A stretch of DNA of 64,000 bases from the NCBI GenBank assembly GCA_963700145.1, contig OY969474.1, positions 4,448,001-4,512,000 on the forward strand, read 5' to 3'. This DNA is from an uncultured Acidobacteriota bacterium. GTDB taxonomy: Bacteria; Acidobacteriota; Thermoanaerobaculia; Multivoradales; UBA5704. Below the pieces are notes generated by a model. The model was not told the origin of the DNA. It did no database searches and saw only the letters and a program-made list of their open reading frames with translations. Shown one piece after another: positions 19,034 through 27,977 of the stretch (position 1 is its first letter; every line of letters starts with the position of its first letter). Position numbers and translations under genes: made by a program.

Positions 19034-19285
19034 GTGCCGTTTCCTTTCTTGTGCATGACGCCCTCGCGGGCATCGTCTACGAAAGGCAACGGCGACTGTC
19101 GAACGCGGCGCGACGCTGGCGATCCAGAGGCTCCTGATCGGTCCCCCGGGTGCGCGCCACCCGGGACGGGCGGAGGGCCTCTCCTCTTGCACTCTGAAGC
19201 CCGTGGAGATTACCATGAGCGAAGCGACGGCGACGACACAGCGAGAGGCGCTGGCAAGGAAGCAACAAAGCAACAAGGAGTCCAC

Positions 19286-20323
19286 GTGAACCAAGCCAAG
19301 CGGTGGCCACACCGGCCGTATCGGAGTCGGTGTGTCCCTTCGTTCGTCCTTCTGTCCCTCCTCGCAATCCTCCTCCTGCCGGGCGCCGCGTTGGGTCAGG
19401 CTAAGTCGTTGCGCTCGGCCGACGGCGCCGCGCTGCTCGAAGGCGTGGTGGTGTCGCCGCGGCACGGCCTCGCGTACGTGATGCGGCCCGGCGGCGGCAT
19501 CGACGCGGTCGATCTCGCCAGCGGCAAGGTGCGCTGGCGCAGCGACCTCGCGGCCAAGCCCGTGGCGCTTGCCGACGACCGGCTCCTCGCGCAGGCCGAG
19601 GGCCGCGGCAACGCCCTCGACCTCGTCGTCCTCGACGCGCGCAACGGCGCCTCCCGCAACAACGTGCGCATGGCGCTCCCGGCCGGCGTTGCCGCTTCCG
19701 TCGTCGACACGCCCGCGGGCTCGTTCCGCGTCCAGGCCGCGCGCGAGGCTTCCGGTCTCGTGGTGCGCTGGGAATCCGTGGGCGCGGCCGGCAAGATGCC
19801 GGCGCAGGGCTACCTCCCCGCCGTCAACGAAGCGGAGGCGCCGGGAGCTTCCCTCGCCGTCGTCACCGGCGCGGCGGTCCTCGACCTGACGGCGCCCTCG
19901 ATGCGCATGCAGGCCCAGCCGTCGGTCGTGACCGGGACGTCCCCGACGCTCAAACGCGCCAGCCTCGAAGAGCTGCGCGCGGAGACGGGCGCCGGGCGGC
20001 AGTTCCTCTCCGCCGACGGCCGCCACTACCTGGTCACCGAGCCGGTCAAGTCGGCCGAGTTCACCCTCTACAAGCACCGCTGGACGGTGTACGAGCGCGC
20101 CGGTGGCGCCCGGCTCGGCTCGGTGCCGGCGCTGGCCGCCGCGACGCCGTTCCTGGTCGTGGGCGAGACGCTCTACCACACGGCCCCGGCCCACGTCATG
20201 GTCAAGGAGGGCAAGCTCGTCGAGCACGCGACGTCCCTCCGCGCCGTGAACCTGGCGACGGGCGCCGAGAAGTGGACCACGGCGGTTCGCGAGACGTCGT
20301 TCCGCGGGCCGTTCCCTCCGTAG
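19286..20323 (+). CDS. Secreted hypothetical protein with PQQ-like propeller repeats
   Basis: AAGGAG SD, signal peptide, AVDLASGKVRW and AVNLATGAEKW motifs. Confidence 0.7.
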   Translation: MNQAKRWPHRPYRSRCVPSFVLLSLLAILLLPGAALGQAKSLRSADGAALLEGVVVSPRHGLAYVMRPGGGIDAVDLASGKVRWRSDLAAKPVALADDRLLAQAEGRGNALDLVVLDARNGASRNNVRMALPAGVAASVVDTPAGSFRVQAAREASGLVVRWESVGAAGKMPAQGYLPAVNEAEAPGASLAVVTGAAVLDLTAPSMRMQAQPSVVTGTSPTLKRASLEELRAETGAGRQFLSADGRHYLVTEPVKSAEFTLYKHRWTVYERAGGARLGSVPALAAATPFLVVGETLYHTAPAHVMVKEGKLVEHATSLRAVNLATGAEKWTTAVRETSFRGPFPP

Positions 20324-20386
20324 CCTGAATTCAGCAGAGCGCGGGGCGCGTCGCGACGAGCGGCGCGCCCCGTCGCTCCGCGGCCC

Positions 20387-20734
20387 GTGCCGACCGATCC
20401 CGACCGCTACGCCCGCATCTACGCCGTCGTCCGCCAGGTCCCCGAGGGCCGCGTCGCGACCTACGGTCAGATCGCGGCGCTGGCGGGGCTCGCCGGCCAC
20501 GCCCGCCAGGTCGGCTACGCCCTGCACGCCCTCCCCGACGGCGCCGACGTGCCCTGGCAGCGGGTGATCAACGCCCGCGGCGAGGTCAGCCCGCGCTCGA
20601 GCGGCGGTTGGGCGGCAGGCCTGCAGCGGCACTTGCTCGAAGAGGAGGGCGTCGCCTTCGACGCCCGCGGCCGCGTCGACCTCGCGCGCTGCCGCTGGGA
20701 GCCGGACGAGCGGCCCACGCGCCGCAGGCGCTGA
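20387..20734 (+). CDS. Alkyltransferase-like protein (Atl/YbaZ, MGMT family)
   Basis: GRVATYGQIA, ARQVG, PWQRV (Trp in place of the catalytic Cys). Confidence 0.9.
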   Translation: MPTDPDRYARIYAVVRQVPEGRVATYGQIAALAGLAGHARQVGYALHALPDGADVPWQRVINARGEVSPRSSGGWAAGLQRHLLEEEGVAFDARGRVDLARCRWEPDERPTRRRR

Positions 20735-20813
20735 AAACGCGCGCGGGGCTTGTAGGATCCGCGGCGATTAGAGCCCGGCGCGAAAGCCTTCGCGCCTAGG
20801 AGGACCCCCCGCG

Positions 20814-23800
20814 ATGACCAGTTTCCGCCGCGTCTCGACGCTGCTTGCCCTTGCCGTCTGCTTCGCCGCCGCCGCGCTCGCCGAGCCGACGCCGCCGGCG
20901 CTCGTCGCCGAGAGGGAGGCCGAGCCGGACAAGGGCCCCCTCCACGGTCTCGAGTACCGGCTGCTGGGGCCGGCGATCGGCGGCCGCGTGTCGCGTGTGG
21001 CCGGCGTGCCCGGCGACCCCTCGACCTGGTTCGCGGCCACCGCGGCCGGCGGCGTCTGGCGCTCGACGAACGGCGGCCACCAATGGCAGCCGGTGTTCGA
21101 CGACCAGCCGGTGTCGTCGATGGGCTCGATCGCCGTCGCGCCGTCCGACCCCAACGTCCTCTACGCCGGCGCCGGCGAGGCCAACATCCGCGGCAACGTC
21201 GGCAAGGGCGACGGCATCTACAAGTCGACCGACCGCGGCAAGAGCTGGCGCAAGGTGCTGGCGCTCGACGGCCAGATCGGGACGATGGCCGTCGATCCGC
21301 GCGACGCCGACGTCGCCTTCGCGGCGGTCCTCGGCAGCCCCTTCGGCCCCGGGCGCCAGCGCGGCGTCTTCCGCACCACCGACGGCGGCGCCAGCTGGCG
21401 CAACGTCCTTTTCGTCGACGAGAAGACCGGCGCCTCCGACGTCACCCTCGACCCGACGAACCCGCGCACCGTCTTCGCCGGCTTCTGGCAGACCCGGCGC
21501 TACCCCTGGAAGCTCGAGAGCGGCGGCCCCGGCAGCGGCTTGTGGGTCTCGCGCGACGGCGGCGACAGGTGGAAGCGGCTCACCGGCGGCGGCCTGCCCG
21601 AAGGGATCTGGGGCAAGGTCGGCGTGCGCGTCGCGCCCTCCGATCCGCGGCGGGTCTACGCCCTGATCGAGGCCGAGAGCGGCGGCCTCTTCCGCTCCGA
21701 CGACGGCGGCGAGAGCTGGACGCTGGCCAACTCCTCGCGCGGCCTGCGCCAGCGCGCCTGGTACTACACCTGCCTGACCGTCGATCCCAAGAACCCCGAC
21801 GTCGTCTGGTTCCCCGAGGTGTCGATGCTCAAGACGGTGGACGGCGGCAGCCAGATTCGCGCGGTCAAGGGCGGCGGCTGGGACTTCCACGACGTCTGGA
21901 TCGACCCGCTCGAGCCGCGGCGGATGATCGCCGGCAGCGACGCCGGGGTGTCGCTGTCGAGCGATGGCGGCGAGACCTGGTTCGTCCCGTCGATCCCGAT
22001 CGCCCAGCTCTACCACATCACGACCGACACCCGCGTGCCCTACCGCGTCCTCGGCGCGGTGCAGGACTGGGGGACGGTGTCGGGGCCGAGCAACAGCCTG
22101 CACGGCGGCGGCGTGCTGCTCTCCGATTGGCACGGCGTCGGCGGCGGCGAGGCGGGGCACGTGGCGGCCGATCCCTCCGACCCGCAGGTGGTGTGGGCCG
22201 GCGAGTACCTCGGCTTCATCTCGCGCTACGACGAGCGCACCGGCATCGCGCCGGCGGTCGGCATCTACCCCGACAACGGCAGCGGCCGCCCCGCCGCCGA
22301 CCTCCGCTACCGCTTCCAGTGGACGGCGCCGATCCTCGTCTCGCCGCACGACCCGAAGACCGTCTATCACGCCGGCAACGTCCTCTTCCGCACCACCGAC
22401 GGCGGCCAGCACTGGCAGGCGATCAGCCCCGACCTGACGCGCGACGACCCCGAGAAGCAGCAGTGGTCGGGCGGCCCGATCACCGGCGACATCACCGGCG
22501 TCGAGTTCTACGACACCATCTTCGCCGTCGCCGAGTCGCCGCTCGCGAAGGGCCTCCTCTGGGCGGGGAGCGACGACGGCCTGGTGCACGTCAGCCGCGA
22601 CGGCGGCGCCAACTGGACCAAGGTGACGCCGCCGGGGATGCCGGAGTGGGCGACGGTGGCGGGGATCGAGGCGTCGCGCTGGGACGCCGGCACCGCCTAC
22701 GTCGTCGCCGACAACCACCGCCTCGACGATTCCCGCCCCTACCTCTGGGTGACCACCGACTACGGCGCGAGCTGGCGCCCGCTGACGCGCGGGCTCGACC
22801 CCGGCGTCTACCTCCACGTCGTGCGCGAGGACACGGCGCGCCGCGGCATGCTCTACCTGGGCACCGAGCGCGGCGTCGCGGTGTCGCGCGACGGCGGCGC
22901 GAGCTGGCAGCCGCTCAAGCTCAACCTACCGACGGTGGCGGTCCACGACCTGGTGGTCAAGGGCGACGACCTCGTCGTCGGCACCACCGGCCGCTCGATC
23001 TGGGTCCTCGACGACCTGACGCCGGTGCGCGAGTGGACCGACGCCGTCGCCAAGGGCGCCGTCCACCTCTTCCCGCCGCGCCCGGCGACCGCCTGGCGCA
23101 TCGCCGACGCGCCCTTCGGCAGTGACGCTGGCGGCGCCTCGAACCCGCCATTCGGCGCCGTCGTCACCTACTGGCTCAAGGAGAAGCCGAAGGCGCCGCT
23201 CAAGCTGGAAGTCCTCGACGCCGGCGGCGCGGTCGTCCGCACCCTGACCAGCGAGGTCGAGACGCCGCCGATCGGCCCCGACCACCCCGACTGGGACCCC
23301 GACTCCAAGCTCGAGGCGGCGCTCTCGGCCGAGCCGGGGATCCACCGCGCGGTCTGGGATTTGGCGCTCGAAGGGGCGCCCTACATCCCCAAGGCGATGG
23401 TCGACACCGGCGACCCGCACGACGGACCGCAGGCGCTGCCGGGGAGCTACACCCTGCGCTTGACCGCCGACGGCACGACGCTCGAGCAGCCGCTGCGCGT
23501 CGAGCCCGACCCGCGGCTCGGCGTCTCCGCCGCCGACCGGGAGGCGCAGCTCGCCTTCCTGCTCGGCCTGCGCGAGCGCATGGCCGAGATCGCCCGCAGG
23601 GTCGAGACCATCCGCAGCGTGCGCGGCCAGCTCGAGGCCCGCGCCGCGCTCCTCGCCGGCGACGCCCGCAACTCCGACCTCGTCGAGCTCGGCAAGCAGG
23701 TCGTCACGAAGCTCACGGCGATCGAAGGGAAGCTCCACAACCCGACCGCCGAGGTGACCTACGACATCCTGGCCGGCCGCGACGGCGGCGCCCAGCTCCA

Positions 23801-24011
23801 CTCCCGCTACTCCTGGCTGAACTGGGGCTCGAATGACCACCCCGGCCCGCCCACGCAAGGCATGCTGGAGGTCAAGGCGACGCTCGACGAGGAGCTGGCG
23901 GCGCAGCGCAAAGCGCTCGACGAGCTGACGGCCGGCGACCTGGCGCGGCTGCAGGCGCTCGCAGCGGAGCGGGGGCTGGGGTACCTGGTCGGGGCGAACC
24001 CCCCAGGCTGA
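20814..24011 (+). CDS. Secreted VPS10/sortilin-like glycosyl hydrolase
   Basis: GPAIGGRV, many Asp boxes, RFQWTAPI, GTTGRSIWVLDD, C-terminal helical region. Confidence 0.88.
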   Translation: MTSFRRVSTLLALAVCFAAAALAEPTPPALVAEREAEPDKGPLHGLEYRLLGPAIGGRVSRVAGVPGDPSTWFAATAAGGVWRSTNGGHQWQPVFDDQPVSSMGSIAVAPSDPNVLYAGAGEANIRGNVGKGDGIYKSTDRGKSWRKVLALDGQIGTMAVDPRDADVAFAAVLGSPFGPGRQRGVFRTTDGGASWRNVLFVDEKTGASDVTLDPTNPRTVFAGFWQTRRYPWKLESGGPGSGLWVSRDGGDRWKRLTGGGLPEGIWGKVGVRVAPSDPRRVYALIEAESGGLFRSDDGGESWTLANSSRGLRQRAWYYTCLTVDPKNPDVVWFPEVSMLKTVDGGSQIRAVKGGGWDFHDVWIDPLEPRRMIAGSDAGVSLSSDGGETWFVPSIPIAQLYHITTDTRVPYRVLGAVQDWGTVSGPSNSLHGGGVLLSDWHGVGGGEAGHVAADPSDPQVVWAGEYLGFISRYDERTGIAPAVGIYPDNGSGRPAADLRYRFQWTAPILVSPHDPKTVYHAGNVLFRTTDGGQHWQAISPDLTRDDPEKQQWSGGPITGDITGVEFYDTIFAVAESPLAKGLLWAGSDDGLVHVSRDGGANWTKVTPPGMPEWATVAGIEASRWDAGTAYVVADNHRLDDSRPYLWVTTDYGASWRPLTRGLDPGVYLHVVREDTARRGMLYLGTERGVAVSRDGGASWQPLKLNLPTVAVHDLVVKGDDLVVGTTGRSIWVLDDLTPVREWTDAVAKGAVHLFPPRPATAWRIADAPFGSDAGGASNPPFGAVVTYWLKEKPKAPLKLEVLDAGGAVVRTLTSEVETPPIGPDHPDWDPDSKLEAALSAEPGIHRAVWDLALEGAPYIPKAMVDTGDPHDGPQALPGSYTLRLTADGTTLEQPLRVEPDPRLGVSAADREAQLAFLLGLRERMAEIARRVETIRSVRGQLEARAALLAGDARNSDLVELGKQVVTKLTAIEGKLHNPTAEVTYDILAGRDGGAQLHSRYSWLNWGSNDHPGPPTQGMLEVKATLDEELAAQRKALDELTAGDLARLQALAAERGLGYLVGANPPG

Positions 24012-24083
24012 GGCTCAAGCGCCCGGGCGGCAGGTGATTGCGCGTGCGACGCAGCAGGGCGATTCGCTCGGTCCCCGTAACCC

Positions 24084-25739
24084 TCAGGGCTTCGAGGTCT
24101 TGTCTCGTCGCACGTACGCCAAGGGCAAGTTCATGTCGAAGCCTTGCTCGCTGTACGATGGGTGCTGTTCTCCTGCCGTCCCTTCCGGCACCTTTGCCCG
24201 GACGTAGTCGACCAGCTCGCTGGCCGTGATCACACCATCGGCAGGATTGTCGTCCGCGGAGCCGCCAAGTCCGAGGAGAATCGCATTTGTAAACACGCCA
24301 TGGGCGAGCGTCGCCATTTCCAGTGAGTTTTCGTGCGCCTGGCTCGCCGTCAGCACCAGCCGTCCTTTCTTCCTCGCCAGCACCTCGAGATACTTGTTGA
24401 AAAAGTTGAGATTCTTGCCGTTATTCACGCCGCCTCGGTCCAGCACGGCGCCGCTGTGGCAGGTGTCGGCAATTACCACGATGCGCTGAGAGCGGATGGT
24501 GTAGTCCATGACGTTGCCCAGGTCCCACATCGGGATTGCCGTTCCCCCCAGATTCCCGACATCGGAGTCGTGAGCCAGGAAGAAGAAATTATCGGGGTTG
24601 CTCGAATCCTGCACGCCGTGTCCCGCCAAAAAGATCAGGACCAGGTCATCCGGTTGCGTTCCAGCCAGGAAGCTGAAGAGCGCCGTGCGGATTCCCTGGT
24701 GGGTCGCGCGCTGGTCGCTGAGGAATTGCACCCGGTCGGGGCGGAAACCTCCTTTCTCGGTCAGGAAATCGCGGATGGCCTGAGCGTCACGGTCGGCATA
24801 CCGGAGGTCGAGGTCGTCCGCCAGATAATCGGAAATTCCAATGACGACCGCCCACTTCTCGCCGGCCACCGCGGTGGGCGCGCTGGGCGCTCGCCGGTAG
24901 ATCCTGTAGATGCTGCGGGAGAGGACTGTGTAACCGTGCACCACCTCGACGTCCAACCGGTTCTGCCCCAGCTCGAGCTCCACGCTGCCCTCCAACGTCG
25001 GCAGGCTCTTGTCGCCAACTTTCACTCCTCTGGCGCCGGATCCACCACTCCAACTGCCGATGGAGAAGGTTCTCTCGACGCCCTCCTCGCCTGCCCAGTT
25101 GACCCGTAGCGACACCGATTCCTCGCGGTGGGGAAAGCGCGCTTGGAGGAAGACCCGCCTGGCCGTCGTGACGCCCTTGTCGAGCCTGCTCAGCCGACCA
25201 TCCTCGAGCTCTTCGAGCACCACCACGCCCTCCGTGCCCATCTCCGCCCGTGCCAGGGAGCCGTCGCCGCCTGCGAGGCGCTGGTGCGTCTGCCAGGCCT
25301 GCGGCTCCTTGGGCGGCGCGATGACCCATCTGGCGTACAGCGGATCGGCCCCGGGTTTGGGCACGACCTTGATCTCCAACGTGTTGTCCGCCGCGTTCAG
25401 GGCGTAGTGCCTTCCCTGGTGGAGCGAGAGATCGATGTCGCAGAGCACTTCGTCCTGGCGAGCCCTGATCGTCTGGACGAGCCCGGTGCCGATGGTGTTG
25501 ATCTTCGGAAACGCCTGATGGACCCGGAGCAACGGGATGTGCAGGACGAGGCGCCGGATTTTCTCGGGCTCGGGGACGCGCAGGACTCCTGGCGCATATC
25601 TCCGCTCGCCGAGCTCCGGCAGCTCGAGCTGGATACCGCCCGGCGGGAGCGTCGCTTCGACACCCTCGCCGGGAGTGGTGGAGACCCACAGCCAGAACAG
25701 CGCCGTTCCCAGCAAGGCGATCCGGGTTGCGGTTCGCAA
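24084..25739 (-). CDS. Exported caspase-family (peptidase C14) protein
   Basis: KWAVVIGISDY, LRYADRDA, FLAGHG, IADTCHSG dyad, HGVFT; N-terminal signal-like segment. Confidence 0.88.
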   Translation of the reverse strand: MRTATRIALLGTALFWLWVSTTPGEGVEATLPPGGIQLELPELGERRYAPGVLRVPEPEKIRRLVLHIPLLRVHQAFPKINTIGTGLVQTIRARQDEVLCDIDLSLHQGRHYALNAADNTLEIKVVPKPGADPLYARWVIAPPKEPQAWQTHQRLAGGDGSLARAEMGTEGVVVLEELEDGRLSRLDKGVTTARRVFLQARFPHREESVSLRVNWAGEEGVERTFSIGSWSGGSGARGVKVGDKSLPTLEGSVELELGQNRLDVEVVHGYTVLSRSIYRIYRRAPSAPTAVAGEKWAVVIGISDYLADDLDLRYADRDAQAIRDFLTEKGGFRPDRVQFLSDQRATHQGIRTALFSFLAGTQPDDLVLIFLAGHGVQDSSNPDNFFFLAHDSDVGNLGGTAIPMWDLGNVMDYTIRSQRIVVIADTCHSGAVLDRGGVNNGKNLNFFNKYLEVLARKKGRLVLTASQAHENSLEMATLAHGVFTNAILLGLGGSADDNPADGVITASELVDYVRAKVPEGTAGEQHPSYSEQGFDMNLPLAYVRRDKTSKP

Positions 25740-25754
25740 GGGAAGGACCTCCCT

Positions 25755-27245
25755 CTAATTTTTGGGCTGCCGTTTCTCTGCCGGCTGGACTTTCCCGTCG
25801 ATTTTCGCGTCCCCCATGAGCTGGTACGGTACGTTGGAGCTGACGTTGTTGACCTTGTACGCGATCCAGCTAAGGTCGCCGGTCAGATCGAGGTAGTCGT
25901 AGACGAACCGCATTTCGGGCGGCAGAGTGCCGCCCATGTTGCGCTGGTAGAGAACGACGTAGCTCTTGAGCGCCCTCTGGATCTCCGGGTAGCGCTGAGG
26001 ATCCTCGCGGCTGAGCAGCTCGACAGCGTACTGGAGATAGACCTCGGGAAAGCGATGGCGTACCTCGTCGAACTCCAGCGCCGACTTGAGGTAGCTCGCG
26101 GCTCGGGCGACGTCCTCGTCGCTGCGGCCCACCGTCCGGTAGAGCACCCCGAGACCGTACATAGTGAGCGGATCGTCCGTGCGCACGGAGGCTGCCTCCT
26201 CGAGATTCGCACGGGCGATGACGAAGAGGTCCCTCTCCAGAGCCAGCAGGCCGTTGTCTCGTTTGAGCTCCGCCATGAGCTGGCTGTAGCGCGGCGAGGA
26301 CATCCTGAATCCATTGCCGCCGAGGATGCGGGCGACGACCTGCTGGTAGGGGCCGCCGAGGAGCTCCTTGACCTTGTCGGAGCGCTGAGGAAGGTCTTCG
26401 GCATTCCCGAAGGCCAGCTCGACGGCCGCGCCGCTGCGGCGGACGATGTCGCCGACCTTCGCCATGAGGGTCGGTGCCTCTCGGGCATCGAAGCCGTGCT
26501 GCAGCAGAGCCTGGGTGGCGAACTCATCGGACTCTAGCTGGATGCTCCTCAGGAAACGGTGATTCCGGAAGGCTGCAGCGATGCTGACTCCGATATGAGC
26601 TCCTCCCAACCCGACCAAGCTCCCTTGAAGGATGTCTTGCTTGCCGCCCACGATGCCGCCGGCCACGGCACCTGCCACCGTTCCGATCATCCGGATCCGG
26701 TCGGCCCTCTTCTGCGCCTTCTCCTCCTCGATGATCTGGTTGAGGTGATGAGAGAGAAAAACGTGACCCGCCTCGTGCATGAGCAGGAAAGCCAGCTGCG
26801 ACTCGTTGTCGAGAAGCGAGATCATTCCTGTGCTCAAGTAGACCGTGCCGGTCGCCAGGGTGTCGGCGTAGGGGAGAGGGTCCTCGACGATCTTGAAGCT
26901 GACGAAGATGTTCTCCGAGGCCTCCCGCGGGATGAGCGACTGCCCCAGCCGGTTGACATAGGCCTGGAGGCTGGGATTGGGGTAGAGCCTGGGGCGGACC
27001 TCGCTCCGATTCCGCGTCTCGGCGGTCTGCGAGTCCTCCATCACCAGCTGAACCCAGCGATCCTTGGCTCTTTCCTGCATCTCGCTCTTCAGGCTGCCGA
27101 GCATCGTTAGCGGATCGCGCTCGTGCAGAAGGGAGCCAAGATCGAGCGTTGTGCTGACTTGGCCAAGCACTCTTGCCGGCGCGACGAGCAGGAGGGATAC
27201 GACTGCCAGAGTGAGGATTGCTTGCCGTCCATGTCTCATGGGCAT
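25755..27245 (-). CDS. M48-family metalloprotease with glycine zipper and TPR region
   Basis: AAAGGAG SD, signal peptide, ESQLAFLLMHEAGH, ELESD-like third ligand region. Confidence 0.82.
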   Translation of the reverse strand: MPMRHGRQAILTLAVVSLLLVAPARVLGQVSTTLDLGSLLHERDPLTMLGSLKSEMQERAKDRWVQLVMEDSQTAETRNRSEVRPRLYPNPSLQAYVNRLGQSLIPREASENIFVSFKIVEDPLPYADTLATGTVYLSTGMISLLDNESQLAFLLMHEAGHVFLSHHLNQIIEEEKAQKRADRIRMIGTVAGAVAGGIVGGKQDILQGSLVGLGGAHIGVSIAAAFRNHRFLRSIQLESDEFATQALLQHGFDAREAPTLMAKVGDIVRRSGAAVELAFGNAEDLPQRSDKVKELLGGPYQQVVARILGGNGFRMSSPRYSQLMAELKRDNGLLALERDLFVIARANLEEAASVRTDDPLTMYGLGVLYRTVGRSDEDVARAASYLKSALEFDEVRHRFPEVYLQYAVELLSREDPQRYPEIQRALKSYVVLYQRNMGGTLPPEMRFVYDYLDLTGDLSWIAYKVNNVSSNVPYQLMGDAKIDGKVQPAEKRQPKN

Positions 27246-27480
27246 CACTCCTTTGGGCGTTACGGTTAGCAGCCGCGGCATTCGCTCGGCAGCGACTTCC
27301 TCATAGAGACAGCATCGCAACCAAAATGTTCGAGCGCATTCCGGCGATCGAGATGCGCGCGGAAGATCCTGCCAGGAGGCTCGCAGCCGATCAGCCGGGG
27401 GATTGAGCTACGTGACCGGGGCGAACGACGCGGGCTGAGGTTCACTCGCCCCGGCGGCGGGGATGCGCTCCCCGGAAGGT

Positions 27481-27959
27481 GGGGAGACTGTCCGCGGCCT
27501 TCGGACAGGCGGTACGGCGTCGGGAACAAGCGTTCCGGTGGGCGGAACACGCGGGAAGACGCCCGGGGAGTGCACCCCGGCCGTTGGGGCAAGCGTACCG
27601 GCGTGCGGGATGCACCCCCCGGCCGCGCGGATGCACCCCCCGGACGCTGGGGAGACTGCACGCGGCCTTTGGGCAAGCGGTACGGCGCCCGGGGCAAGCG
27701 CCCAGAGAGGAAAAATGCACGGGAAAACGCCGGGGTGGTGCATCCCCGGCGTCGGGGCAAGCGTCCGGGCGAGGGAAATGCACCATTTCTTTCTCCGGAT
27801 GCACCATTTTCCCGCCAAAACGACCTCCGACCCTGCGGGGGAGGCCTTCGGAGCCTTCGGGGAGGCCGTACGGACGCTCGGATGGTGCATCCCCGGGCCA
27901 AAATGGTGCATAAACCCTTCGGGGGAGCTTGTACCAGGCGTTTTCTGGTGCATCCCCGG
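27481..27959. repeat. Degenerate intergenic repeat region
   Basis: ~120-bp imperfect direct repeat starting at 27481 and 27649; TGGTGCATCCCCGG at 27736, 27883 and 27946. Confidence 0.6.
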
Positions 27960-27977
27960 CCCTCGGTGGTGCAAAAC

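Noticed and set aside
16643-20632. 1226-aa and 1321-aa overlapping ORFs as single proteins
   Set aside because: Read-through artefacts of high GC; the real genes are divergent and start at 19033 (-) and 19286 (+) with SD and signal peptides.
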